DNA of 64,000 nt from Candidatus Parvarchaeota archaeon (GTDB lineage Archaea > Nanobdellota > Nanobdellia > WJKC01). The first letter of the stretch is position 1; every line of letters begins with the position of its first letter. The DNA lies in assembly GCA_017608505.1 (NCBI GenBank), contig JAFCFT010000002.1, positions 15,299 through 79,298 of the forward strand, given 5' to 3'. Made by a program: the position numbers and the translations under genes. The notes under the pieces were generated by a model. That model saw nothing but the letters and a program-made list of their open reading frames with translations. It did not search any database and was not told where the DNA came from. Shown piece by piece: positions 1 to 9,029 of this stretch.

Positions 1-202
1 TGCTTTAGGGATGCAAAAAGGGTTAAAAATTATAGAAAGCCTTTTAAAGGCAGAAACAGTCGATGATGAAATATTAAAATATGCTGTAAAGCATAAATGC
101 CTTGTATTGACCCTTGACAAAGAGCTTAAGAAAAAGCTTTTAAATGCCTCGTTGCGTGTTATTATCATGAGACAAAAACGGTACTTAAGGGTGATTGGTT
201 AA
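1..202 (+). CDS. PIN-domain protein (COG1412/Fcf1-like), C-terminal part, 5' truncated by window
   Basis: VDDEILKYA...VLTLDKELKKKL PIN motif; conserved position upstream of rpoE1. Confidence 0.75.
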   Translation, partial: ALGMQKGLKIIESLLKAETVDDEILKYAVKHKCLVLTLDKELKKKLLNASLRVIIMRQKRYLRVIG

Positions 203-768
203 TGTATAAAATCCTGACAATGACAAGCAAAATCAGGGTGCCTCCAAAGTATTTTGGACTAGATGTTAAAGAAAGCATTGTTAAGGCCATAATGGAGGAC
301 TACGAGGGCTATTTGACGCCAAACCAAGAATTGCTTTTGTGTTTAATTGACATTAAAAGCATTGGAGACGGCATTATAATTCCTGGAGACGGCGCAATTT
401 ATTACAATTGCGAATTTGATATGCTTTCATACAAGCCAGTGCTTCATGAAGTTGTCGAAGGCACTATAACAGAGATAGCAGAATTCGGCGCTTTTGCAAA
501 AATAGGTCCCATAGAGGGCTTAATTCACCAAAGCCAAGTTATGGACGATTATGTCACTTATTCAAAATCAAAAACCCTTCAGGGCAAAAATACAAAAAGG
601 GTTTTAAAAGTCGGCGATAAAATCAGGGCAAGAGTTATTGCAGCAACTTTTAAAACACTTCAAACTGCAAAAATAGGTCTTACTATGAGGCAGCCTGGTC
701 TTGGCACTTTAAAATGGCTTGAAGAAGAAAGGCTTAAAGCGCAAAAGGTGGTGAAAAAAAGTGATTGA
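202..768 (+). CDS. rpoE1: DNA-directed RNA polymerase subunit E' (Rpo7)
   Basis: IIPGDGA, EFGAFAKIGPIEGLIH S1 domain, KIGLTMRQPGLG. Confidence 0.97.
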   Translation: MYKILTMTSKIRVPPKYFGLDVKESIVKAIMEDYEGYLTPNQELLLCLIDIKSIGDGIIIPGDGAIYYNCEFDMLSYKPVLHEVVEGTITEIAEFGAFAKIGPIEGLIHQSQVMDDYVTYSKSKTLQGKNTKRVLKVGDKIRARVIAATFKTLQTAKIGLTMRQPGLGTLKWLEEERLKAQKVVKKSD

Positions 769-943
769 AAAGGCATGCTTAAAATGCAAGCGGATTGTCA
801 CTGGCAAGCAATGCCCAATTTGCAAGACAAGCAAGCTTAGCACAAAATGGAAAGGCTTGCTTATAATTCTTGATGCAAAAGAATCTAAAATTGCTGAAAA
901 AATGAATTTAACTGAGGGAAAATACGCATTAAAGGTGAAGTAA
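761..943 (+). CDS. spt4: Transcription elongation factor Spt4 (RpoE'')
   Basis: ACLKC..CPIC Zn finger, W.GLLII.D..ES.IA, GKYALKV. Confidence 0.96.
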   Translation: MIEKACLKCKRIVTGKQCPICKTSKLSTKWKGLLIILDAKESKIAEKMNLTEGKYALKVK

Positions 944-1324
944 ATGGAGCTTAAAATTTTGTCAGAAGAGGAAAACAAGTTGTTTAATAGGACTGAGATA
1001 AGATTTGAAGTAATACATGAAGGAGAGCCTACTCCAAGTCTTAATGACGTTAGGAGAAAGCTTGCTTTAACAACAGGAGGCATGTCAAGCCACATAGTTA
1101 TTGACAAATTTAAAACTCTTTTTGGCATTGGAAGAAGCATCGGCTTTGCGAGAATATATAAAAATAAAGATGATATGCTTGAATACGAGCCAGAATATTT
1201 ATTAAAGCGTAACGGCTTGCTCGAGGAAAAGAAAGAAGAAAAGGAGGGTGAAGTAAGTGGGGAAGAAAAGGAAGGAAGCAAAGAAGAAGGGGAAGAAGCA
1301 AAAAAAGAACAAGCTTCCGAGTAA
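944..1324 (+). CDS. rps24e: 30S ribosomal protein S24e
   Basis: [32 protein letters not shown]; acidic tail. Confidence 0.95.
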   Translation: MELKILSEEENKLFNRTEIRFEVIHEGEPTPSLNDVRRKLALTTGGMSSHIVIDKFKTLFGIGRSIGFARIYKNKDDMLEYEPEYLLKRNGLLEEKKEEKEGEVSGEEKEGSKEEGEEAKKEQASE

Positions 1325-1466
1325 AAAATGGGAAAAATATGAAGTCCAAGGGGACTCTTTAAAGAGAAAAAGGTACTGCCCTCGTTGCGGGCCAGGCGTA
1401 TTTTTGGCAGAGCACAAAGACCGCTACACTTGCGGCGCGTGCGGATACGTAGAAATAAAAGAATGA
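1257..1466 (+). CDS. rps27ae: 30S ribosomal protein S27ae
   Basis: [24 protein letters not shown]; SD-like GGAGGGTGA upstream of GTG. Confidence 0.96.
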   Translation: MGKKRKEAKKKGKKQKKNKLPSKKWEKYEVQGDSLKRKRYCPRCGPGVFLAEHKDRYTCGACGYVEIKE

Positions 1467-2060
1467 CTATTCGCAAAATTCTTTAAGTATGCTTGCAAGG
1501 TCTAACAGCGTTTCTTTTTCAGGCAAGTTTAATTCATTTATTTTGTCTGTTTTAATTGTGCATACGTAATAATCTGTAAGCGGCATTGGTATTTTGAAGA
1601 TGTTGCCTAGTTCTTCATATCCAAGCGCTATGCCAAGAATTATTTTGTTTTTATTAAACAAGTATCCTGCTGTAGCGCTAAAATTTTTTTTGTTAGGTTG
1701 CTCCAAATTTAATTCCATGATTGGACGCCTTTTAAAAAGAGAATTAAAAAAATCATTGTAGTCTGCAAAAAAAGTATAATATCCTGTTGATACGTTTGCT
1801 GGTTTTGGATAGTTTATTTGATTAAACATTATCCCTAGGTACTCGTTCTTTCTCATGCTATAAAGAGAAATTTGATAAATTGTTCCAGGGCCTATCTTGA
1901 CTTCAATTGTTTTAGAAGTATGGATTTTGTCTGGAAGAGTGTTAAGTGCTCTTGCATAAATTTCTTTTATTTCTTTTTTAACTTTTGCCTTTTTAGGCTT
2001 GCCTATTCTTTCTAAAAAGTTGCGCATCTTTTCGTACTCTTCTTTCCACATGAACTTCAA
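1467..2060 (-). CDS. Hypothetical protein
   Basis: 197-aa ORF filling the gap between rps27ae and kae1; no recognisable motif. Confidence 0.6.
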   Translation of the reverse strand: MKFMWKEEYEKMRNFLERIGKPKKAKVKKEIKEIYARALNTLPDKIHTSKTIEVKIGPGTIYQISLYSMRKNEYLGIMFNQINYPKPANVSTGYYTFFADYNDFFNSLFKRRPIMELNLEQPNKKNFSATAGYLFNKNKIILGIALGYEELGNIFKIPMPLTDYYVCTIKTDKINELNLPEKETLLDLASILKEFCE

Positions 2061-2105
2061 AAATTTAACACATTATTTATAAATTTTACTAAAATCTTAG
2101 TATAT

Positions 2106-3077
2106 ATGATATGTCTTGGAATTGAAAGCACAGCCCACACTTTTGGAATAGGCATTGTTACGCATGACAAAATTCTTGCAAATGTAAGAGACTCTTACGC
2201 GCCAAAAGAAGGAGGGATTCATCCAAGAGAAGCTTCAGAACATCATGCAAGCGTTTGTGACAGCGTTCTTAAGCAGGCATTAAAAAAAGCAAAAATAAGT
2301 CTTGAGCAAGTAGACCTTGTGGCGTTTTCTAATGCTCCTGGCATTGCGCACATGCTTCGCGTTGGCGCAGTGTTTGCAAGAACTCTTTCAAAAGTTTTGA
2401 AAGTTCCTCTAGTGCCTGTTAACCACTGCATTGCGCATGTGGAGATTGGCAGGAGAACTGTAGGATGCAAAGACCCAGTGACTTTGTATGTTTCAGGTGC
2501 AAATACGCAAATAATTGCCTATCAAGGAGGTCTTTACAGGATATTTGCAGAAACTTTGGACATGGGTGTTGGAAATTTTATTGACACGTTTGCGCGTTAT
2601 GCAGGCATCCCATTTCCCGGAGGCCCGGTGATTGAAAAATTAGCTAAAAAGGGCAAGTATGTTGAGTTGCCTTATAGTGTCAAAGGCATGGACGTATCTT
2701 TTACAGGCATTTTAACTAATTTGCGCAACAAGCTTAAAACTCACAGATTAGAGGACCTTTGCTACTCAATGCAGGAGCATGTGTTTGCAATGCTTGTAGA
2801 AGTTTCTGAGCGGGCTCTCGCTCACATGCAAAAAAACGAGCTTTTGCTTACAGGTGGCGTTGCAAGCAACTCGCGCTTAAGAGAAATGTGCAAAGTCATG
2901 TGCAAAGATAGGGGCGCCAAATTTTATGTGCCAAAAAAAGAGTATTGCGTTGACAATGGTGCAATGATTGCAGTTCTTGGACTGCTTATGCATGATTCTG
3001 GCGCAAAATTCAAGAAAAAAGATTATTGCATTAATCAGAGGCAGAGAACTGACGAGGTGAAAGTGTTATGGCGCTAG
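2106..3077 (+). CDS. kae1: tRNA t6A threonylcarbamoyltransferase Kae1 (KEOPS)
   Basis: LGIESTAHT, GGIHPREA, VNHCIAHVE, LYVSGANTQ, DNGAMIA. Confidence 0.98.
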   Translation: MICLGIESTAHTFGIGIVTHDKILANVRDSYAPKEGGIHPREASEHHASVCDSVLKQALKKAKISLEQVDLVAFSNAPGIAHMLRVGAVFARTLSKVLKVPLVPVNHCIAHVEIGRRTVGCKDPVTLYVSGANTQIIAYQGGLYRIFAETLDMGVGNFIDTFARYAGIPFPGGPVIEKLAKKGKYVELPYSVKGMDVSFTGILTNLRNKLKTHRLEDLCYSMQEHVFAMLVEVSERALAHMQKNELLLTGGVASNSRLREMCKVMCKDRGAKFYVPKKEYCVDNGAMIAVLGLLMHDSGAKFKKKDYCINQRQRTDEVKVLWR

Positions 3078-3673
3078 TGCTAATAGCGCAAGGTGCTGAA
3101 AGCAAATTATACAGAGATGGGGACAAACTGATTAAGGAAAGGGTAAAAAAGGCCTATAGAATTTCTGCTTTAGACAAACGGCTCAGGAAACACAGGAACA
3201 GGCGAGAAGCTAAAGCAATGCGTGAAGCTTCAAAGCTAATAAAAGTGCCAAAAATTCTTGAAGTTTCTGAATACAAGATAGTGATGAATTACATTGACGG
3301 AGACATTTTAAGGGATGTTTTCTCTGATTTAAGCAAAAAAGACTTTAAGCATGTCTGCAGAACTATTGGCGAATACATAAGAAAATTGCATTCTCGCAAC
3401 ATCATACACGGCGACCTTACTACAAGCAACATGATACTTAAAGGCAAGGATTTATATTTCATAGACTTTGGATTAAGCGAGATTTCAGGCAAAGCAGAGG
3501 CAAAAGCAGTTGATTTGCATGTCTTAAAAGAGGCATTAAACAGCAGGCACCACGACATTGCAAAAAAAGCTTGGAAGCTTATCAGCAAGTCATACGGCGA
3601 TAAGGAAGTTCTAGACCGCCTAAAAATTGTTGAGTCAAGGGGAAGGAAGAAGATAAAAACATGTCTTGATTAG
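3068..3673 (+). CDS. bud32: Kae1-associated kinase Bud32
   Basis: IAQGAES, IIHGDLTTSN, IDFGL, AVDLHVL. Confidence 0.97.
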   Translation: MALVLIAQGAESKLYRDGDKLIKERVKKAYRISALDKRLRKHRNRREAKAMREASKLIKVPKILEVSEYKIVMNYIDGDILRDVFSDLSKKDFKHVCRTIGEYIRKLHSRNIIHGDLTTSNMILKGKDLYFIDFGLSEISGKAEAKAVDLHVLKEALNSRHHDIAKKAWKLISKSYGDKEVLDRLKIVESRGRKKIKTCLD

Positions 3674-3682
3674 TATTTTACA

Positions 3683-4837
3683 ATGAAGAATAGTGTTTTA
3701 AAAAACAAAAAGCTTTTGACATTCTCTCTTGCTTCATTTTTAAATGACTTAGGAAGCGACATAGTCTCATCCCTTTGGCCCATGTTTGTTGTTTCTGTTT
3801 TAGGCGCAAACCTTGCTTTTCTTGGCTTTATTGACGGCCTAGGCAAGGCAGTTGTATCAATTTCCAAAGGTTTTTCAGGCTATTTATCTGATAAAATTAG
3901 AAACAGAAAAATATTTGTATGGACCGGCTATTTAATGAGCGGCGCGTCAAGAATCGGCTATGCATTGTCCGCTAATGCTTTGCTTTTAGTCCCTTTTAAA
4001 ATACTTGATCGCTCTGGCAAAGTAAGGGGCGCCCCGCGTGATGCCATGGTTGCTTCTTTAACAGAAAAAAAACACAGAGGCACTGCCTTTGGATTTCTAA
4101 GAGCCATGGACACTTTAGGGGCTGTAGCAGGCACTATAATCGCCTTTTCATTGCTTGGCTTTTTAGGATATAGAAATCTATTTCTGCTTGCAGCAATTCC
4201 ATCACTTATTGGCGGACTCCTCATATTCTTTTTCATTAAAGAAAAGCGCAAAGGCAAGCTGTTTAAAGGTTTCTCATTTAGAAACTTAAACAGAAATCTT
4301 AAAGTTTTCTTTGTCGCGCACGTGCTTTTTTCGTTTGCATTCATGAGCTACTCATTTATAATGGTTCTTGCAAGAGTCTATGGCGTAAGCGAGCCTTTGC
4401 TCCCTCTTTTTTATCTTTTATTTAATGTGGTGTATTTTTCGTTTGCGTATCCTCTAGGCAGATATTCTGATAAAATTGGCAGAAAAAAGGTATTGCTGCT
4501 CTCATACTCAATATTTGCGTTGCTTTGCGTCATTGCTTTTGCAACAAACGTTTATTCTGTGTTCTTGCTTTTCATACTTTTTGGTTTTGTTAAAGCAGGG
4601 GTTGACCCAGTTACTACAAGCTTTATATCAGACCTTTCACCAGCGCAAGGGCGTGCTAGCGTGCTTGGCGCATTTCAAATGGCAGCAGGACTTTCTGCCC
4701 TCCCAGCAGGCTTGATACTTGGAATGCTTTGGGATTTTTACGGATTGGCAGCGCCATTTACATATTCGCTTGCGCTTACACTGCTTGCAATAGCAACATT
4801 AACAAGAATTAAAGGAGGCAGTCCAAATGATTTTTGA
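3683..4837 (+). CDS. MFS transporter
   Basis: ~12 hydrophobic segments; GYLSDKIRNRK and GRYSDKIGRK motif-A repeats; RGAPRDA. Confidence 0.93.
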   Translation: MKNSVLKNKKLLTFSLASFLNDLGSDIVSSLWPMFVVSVLGANLAFLGFIDGLGKAVVSISKGFSGYLSDKIRNRKIFVWTGYLMSGASRIGYALSANALLLVPFKILDRSGKVRGAPRDAMVASLTEKKHRGTAFGFLRAMDTLGAVAGTIIAFSLLGFLGYRNLFLLAAIPSLIGGLLIFFFIKEKRKGKLFKGFSFRNLNRNLKVFFVAHVLFSFAFMSYSFIMVLARVYGVSEPLLPLFYLLFNVVYFSFAYPLGRYSDKIGRKKVLLLSYSIFALLCVIAFATNVYSVFLLFILFGFVKAGVDPVTTSFISDLSPAQGRASVLGAFQMAAGLSALPAGLILGMLWDFYGLAAPFTYSLALTLLAIATLTRIKGGSPNDF

Positions 4838-5762
4838 ATTTTTTTCAATGTTATTAAGCGCTTTTTTGCTTGCTTACTTAAGTCCAAAAGTTGTTAATTA
4901 TGCGTCAGCCATTGCCAAAGCCTCAAAAATATCTCCCCTAATAATTGGAATGCTTGTTATAGGGATTGGAACTTCTATTCCAGAAATAAGCAATTCTTTA
5001 ATATCTTCTGTATTAGGGCACGGAGACATAAATGTTGGCGACACTATTGGGTCTTCAATTTCGCAGATAACTCTTGTTTTAGGCATATGCGTGCTAATAG
5101 ACGGCTTTACAAATATAAAAAGAGATGACATATTGGTTCTTGGTTTAAGCACTGTACTTGCTTCCGTATTGTGCGCTGTAGTTGTAGCTAAAAATGCAAT
5201 AACTCGTCTTGACGGTTTTTTGCTTGTAATTTCTTATTTTGCTATAATCACTGTTCTTAGAAATTACATTAAAAAAGGATATTTCCCGTTAGAAACTGAA
5301 GAAAGGGTTTTTGAGGCGAAAAAGAAGCTTTACGCATTTAAACTTATAATTACCACTTTAGGCGTTGTTTTTGGTTCTTATGTGCTTGTAAGTTCTGTTA
5401 TTTCGCTTTCTAGAACTCTTAATATTCCAGAGTTCATTATAAGCTTTGTTGCTGTTGGCATCAGCACGTCGCTTCCAGAAATAGTGATAGGCGTTTCAGC
5501 AGTAAGACAAAAAGAGTACGAGTTAGTCTTTGGGGATATATTTGGCAGCAACATTGTTGACACTACGCTTTCGCTTGGCTTTGGTCCCATAATAGCTCCT
5601 AATTATCTCTATGATAATGCGATTAGAGCAACAAGCTGCTACTTAATTCTTGTGACATTCATTGTCACACTAATTTTTGCTACAAGGCAAAGAGTTAGCA
5701 AGAAATGGGGTTTTCTACTTTTAGGTCTGTACTTAGCATCAATGCCCCTTCTTATTCAGTAA
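4827..5762 (+). CDS. Na+/Ca2+ antiporter family protein (YrbG-like)
   Basis: Two alpha repeats GTSIPE...GDTIGSS and STSLPE...GDIFGSN. Confidence 0.9.
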   Translation: MIFEFFSMLLSAFLLAYLSPKVVNYASAIAKASKISPLIIGMLVIGIGTSIPEISNSLISSVLGHGDINVGDTIGSSISQITLVLGICVLIDGFTNIKRDDILVLGLSTVLASVLCAVVVAKNAITRLDGFLLVISYFAIITVLRNYIKKGYFPLETEERVFEAKKKLYAFKLIITTLGVVFGSYVLVSSVISLSRTLNIPEFIISFVAVGISTSLPEIVIGVSAVRQKEYELVFGDIFGSNIVDTTLSLGFGPIIAPNYLYDNAIRATSCYLILVTFIVTLIFATRQRVSKKWGFLLLGLYLASMPLLIQ

Positions 5763-5768
5763 TTTCCA

Positions 5769-5803
5769 TCGAAGGGGTTTTAACCCCTTTCGAAACCCCC
5801 TTT
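5769..5803. terminator. Hairpin between convergent genes (terminator-like)
   Basis: TCGAAGGGGTT-TT-AACCCCTTTCGA imperfect inverted repeat between the antiporter and rps10 stop codons. Confidence 0.4.
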
Positions 5804-5814
5804 AAAAATATGCT

Positions 5815-6123
5815 TTATTCAGTAATTTCCATTTCCATGTTTATACTTTTTGGGATTTGAATTCTCATAATAAGTCTTAATGCCCGCTCGTCCACACCCA
5901 AGTCTATTATTCTTTTGTGAATTCGCATTTCCCAAGTTTCGAACGTTTCGCGCCCCTGACCGCAAGGACTTCTTCTTGTAGGCACTCTTAGCTTTTTAGT
6001 TGGCAATGGAATAGGTCCTCTCATGTCCACTCCTGTCTTTTCAGCAATCTCTTTAATTTGATTGCAGATACTCAAGAGTGCTTCAGGTTCTGTGCTTGAT
6101 AGCTTTATCCTTGCTCTAGGCAT
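5815..6123 (-). CDS. rpsJ: 30S ribosomal protein S10
   Basis: [24 protein letters not shown]. Confidence 0.98.
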   Translation of the reverse strand: MPRARIKLSSTEPEALLSICNQIKEIAEKTGVDMRGPIPLPTKKLRVPTRRSPCGQGRETFETWEMRIHKRIIDLGVDERALRLIMRIQIPKSINMEMEITE

Positions 6124-6221
6124 AAGTACACAGGAATAATATTTGCTTTTTAAAAGTTTCGAAAAACAGTATTCAGTAGTAAATATATCTTTAAATTATT
6201 GAATATATTCTTTTTAAAGCA

Positions 6222-6830
6222 ATGAGCAAGGAAGTTGAATTACTAAAACAATTAGTGGAGTATGTTAAAGAAGTATATAATATCTCAATAACTGCTAATT
6301 ATATGTCTGAACAGCGCATAGACTTAGTGCGCATGTTAGGTTTGCAGGAAAAATTAAGAGATTCTAATCTTTTTTTTATCTATAAGGATGGAAATTATGA
6401 AATTGAAGGCAGTAAAGAGGATCTATACAAGTGTTGCGAATTATTTGCTGACAAAATAATCAAAAATTTTTTTGATAGAGAGGGATATACGCATGACTAC
6501 AGCTTAAATGTAGCCAGAAATCTTTATTCTTTAATAGGAAACGATCCTAAGAAGGTGGATGAAAAATTAAAATACTTAATAGATAGGGACTCAATGGTTG
6601 TCAAGTTATTAGAACAAGGCAGATTAGAGGATGCAACAAACATATACTATCATGAACTGGGCAAAATAATAGGGTCCAAGCCAATGAGTCTGCTAGAAAA
6701 ATGCTTTAAAACTGCGTTAAAGAATGATGATTATGATGTTGCTAAAAGAATTGCTGAAATGCTTAGATACAGAAACAGCAAGTTAATGAAAAAACTTAAG
6801 AAGAAAAGAAAAAAGAAGTTTACTTCTTAG
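6222..6830 (+). CDS. Hypothetical helical protein inserted between tuf and rps10
   Basis: 202-aa ORF on the strand opposite to the operon; Lys-rich C-terminus. Confidence 0.65.
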   Translation: MSKEVELLKQLVEYVKEVYNISITANYMSEQRIDLVRMLGLQEKLRDSNLFFIYKDGNYEIEGSKEDLYKCCELFADKIIKNFFDREGYTHDYSLNVARNLYSLIGNDPKKVDEKLKYLIDRDSMVVKLLEQGRLEDATNIYYHELGKIIGSKPMSLLEKCFKTALKNDDYDVAKRIAEMLRYRNSKLMKKLKKKRKKKFTS

Positions 6831-8112
6831 CTTCTCCCTTTGGAGTCCCTTTTTCAGTTACTTCTATGCACATTCCTGCGCCAATTGTCTTGCCCATGTC
6901 TCTGATAGCGAAGTTAGCTAGTTGAGGGATTTTTGACTTTTCTTCAATTACTAACGGCTTTGTAGGCCTTATCAAGACAATTGCTGCATCTCCTTTTCTC
7001 AGAACTTCTGGGTTCTCTTCTTTAGTTGCTCCTGTCATTGGGTCAAGCTTTTTAAGTAGCTTTTCAAAAGTGCATGCTACTTGCGCTGTGTGCGCGTGGA
7101 ACACAGGTGTGTATCCTGCAGTAATTACTGTAGGATGGTCAAGCACGATTATTTGCGCTTTGAATTGCTTTGCAATTGTCGGCGGGTTGTCTGGGTGTCC
7201 GCACACGTCTCCTCTCTTAATGTCATTTTTTCCGACGCCTCTGACGTTGAATCCAATGTTGTCTCCTGGTTCTGCCATAGGCACTGCTTCATGGTGCATT
7301 TCAATGCTCTTTACTTCTCCGCTAGCTCCTGATGGGTAGAACACCACTTTGTCATTTACTTTTAATACGCCTGTTTGGACCTTTCCAACTGGAACTGCCC
7401 CTATGCCTGTTATTGAGTAGACATCTTGTATTGGGATTCTTAATGGAAGGTCTACTGGTTTTTCAGGCATTACAATGTTGTCAAGAGCATCTACAAGCGT
7501 TGGGCCTTTGTACCATGGCGTGTTTTCGCTTTTCTTTGCTACATTATCCCCTTTAATAGCGCTTACTGCTAAAAACACTGTTTTAGATACGTCAAAGCCT
7601 GCCATTTTTAGCCTTGATGCTACGTCTTCTTTTACTTCATTCCATCTCTTTTCGTCGTAATTCACTACATCCATTTTGTTTATTGCTACAATCATTTGTT
7701 TTACTCCAAGGGTTCTGCACAAGAAGATGTGTTCTTTTGTTTGGTCCATGACGCCGTCCCTAGCATCAACTACTAGAACTGCAGCGTCAGCTTGAGACGC
7801 TCCGGTAATCATGTTCTTAACGAAGTCCCTGTGCCCAGGAGCGTCAATAATCGTGAACGTGTATTTTTGAGTGTCGAATTTTTTATGCGACAACTCTATT
7901 GTCAATCCCCTTTTTCTTTCCTGCTCTGTTGAGTCTGTCAAATAAGCATACTCCCATGTAGTCTTTCCAAGCTCTTCTGCCTTTTTCTTAAATTTTTCCA
8001 ACTCCTGCTGCGTTAAGGCCCCCGTTTCAAAGAACAATCTACCGATGAGCGTACTCTTTCCGTGATCAACGTGTCCTACGAAGATCAAGTTCAAGTGTGG
8101 TTTTTTTGCCAT
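6820..8112 (-). CDS. tuf: Elongation factor 1-alpha
   Basis: [28 protein letters not shown]. Confidence 0.99.
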   Translation of the reverse strand: MAKKPHLNLIFVGHVDHGKSTLIGRLFFETGALTQQELEKFKKKAEELGKTTWEYAYLTDSTEQERKRGLTIELSHKKFDTQKYTFTIIDAPGHRDFVKNMITGASQADAAVLVVDARDGVMDQTKEHIFLCRTLGVKQMIVAINKMDVVNYDEKRWNEVKEDVASRLKMAGFDVSKTVFLAVSAIKGDNVAKKSENTPWYKGPTLVDALDNIVMPEKPVDLPLRIPIQDVYSITGIGAVPVGKVQTGVLKVNDKVVFYPSGASGEVKSIEMHHEAVPMAEPGDNIGFNVRGVGKNDIKRGDVCGHPDNPPTIAKQFKAQIIVLDHPTVITAGYTPVFHAHTAQVACTFEKLLKKLDPMTGATKEENPEVLRKGDAAIVLIRPTKPLVIEEKSKIPQLANFAIRDMGKTIGAGMCIEVTEKGTPKGEAKK

Positions 8113-8152
8113 AATTAAAACCTCCTTTTTTGTTTAAGAAATTGAGAAAAAG

Positions 8153-9016
8153 TCATCTATTTTTAAGTATTTCGGTTTGCATATATGATGTTATATCATT
8201 TATTTCCTGTTCCTTCAAAAGTTGTGCGCATATTATGTCTATATCAAATTTGTGCGTCTTGATTGCTTTATTGTATATTTCTTTTAATATGTTATATTCT
8301 TTATATTCATTCATTAATTCTTTGTATAATTTTATTGCTTTTTCTTTGTCATTAAGTAGTTTGCCGTATATCCTCACATGTAGCAGTCTTATTGCAATAT
8401 CGCATCTATCACAAGCACGAGCGCTTGGGAGACTCCAGTTCATTACGCAGTCCTTACTGTATTTACAATGAGTTTGGTACCCAAATAAGTGGAATGCCTC
8501 ATGTACGCCTAATTTTTCAAGCAGTTTTAATGAAGACTGATTATGCGGATAAACCAATATGGCGCCTGTAGCATATAAAGATTCACCCCAGTCATCTTGA
8601 CGTTTATAAAATGGTTTGTCTACAAATATTATGTCTCCATGAGGATTGTACTTTCTATAATTTTCATAAGCTAAATTTGCCATTGTTGTATCCACGTCAA
8701 CTAATTTTCCTTTGTATTCCAGCCCAGGAAAAGATTCATATTCTCCGCAATCGATTATTTTAAAATCAAGAGAATAATTCTTTAAAAATTTTTTAACACC
8801 ATTTATAAATGTCTTTTTAACTTGTGTTTTAATGCCTTTTTTGGAGAAGACTCTAATTTCTTTACCTTTAAGCCAATTTTCAGTATTATAATTGTTATGC
8901 AACAAATCAGGTCTTATTTTTTTAGTATCTTTTCTGAAACTACTGATATTCATTTTAAGGATATCTGAGCCACCGCCATAATTCATAATCCATCTATCAA
9001 GAGAGGACGCATTCAT
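8153..9016 (-). CDS. Zincin metallopeptidase, archaemetzincin-like
   Basis: HEAFHLFGYQTHC..CVM...C..C motif. Confidence 0.65.
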   Translation of the reverse strand: MNASSLDRWIMNYGGGSDILKMNISSFRKDTKKIRPDLLHNNYNTENWLKGKEIRVFSKKGIKTQVKKTFINGVKKFLKNYSLDFKIIDCGEYESFPGLEYKGKLVDVDTTMANLAYENYRKYNPHGDIIFVDKPFYKRQDDWGESLYATGAILVYPHNQSSLKLLEKLGVHEAFHLFGYQTHCKYSKDCVMNWSLPSARACDRCDIAIRLLHVRIYGKLLNDKEKAIKLYKELMNEYKEYNILKEIYNKAIKTHKFDIDIICAQLLKEQEINDITSYMQTEILKNR

Positions 9017-9029
9017 TAGAATTTCCTCC

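Noticed and set aside
709-1476. 255-aa minus-strand ORF and the many other antisense ORFs in the track
   Set aside because: Shadows of well-supported genes on the opposite strand; low-complexity, motif-free translations.
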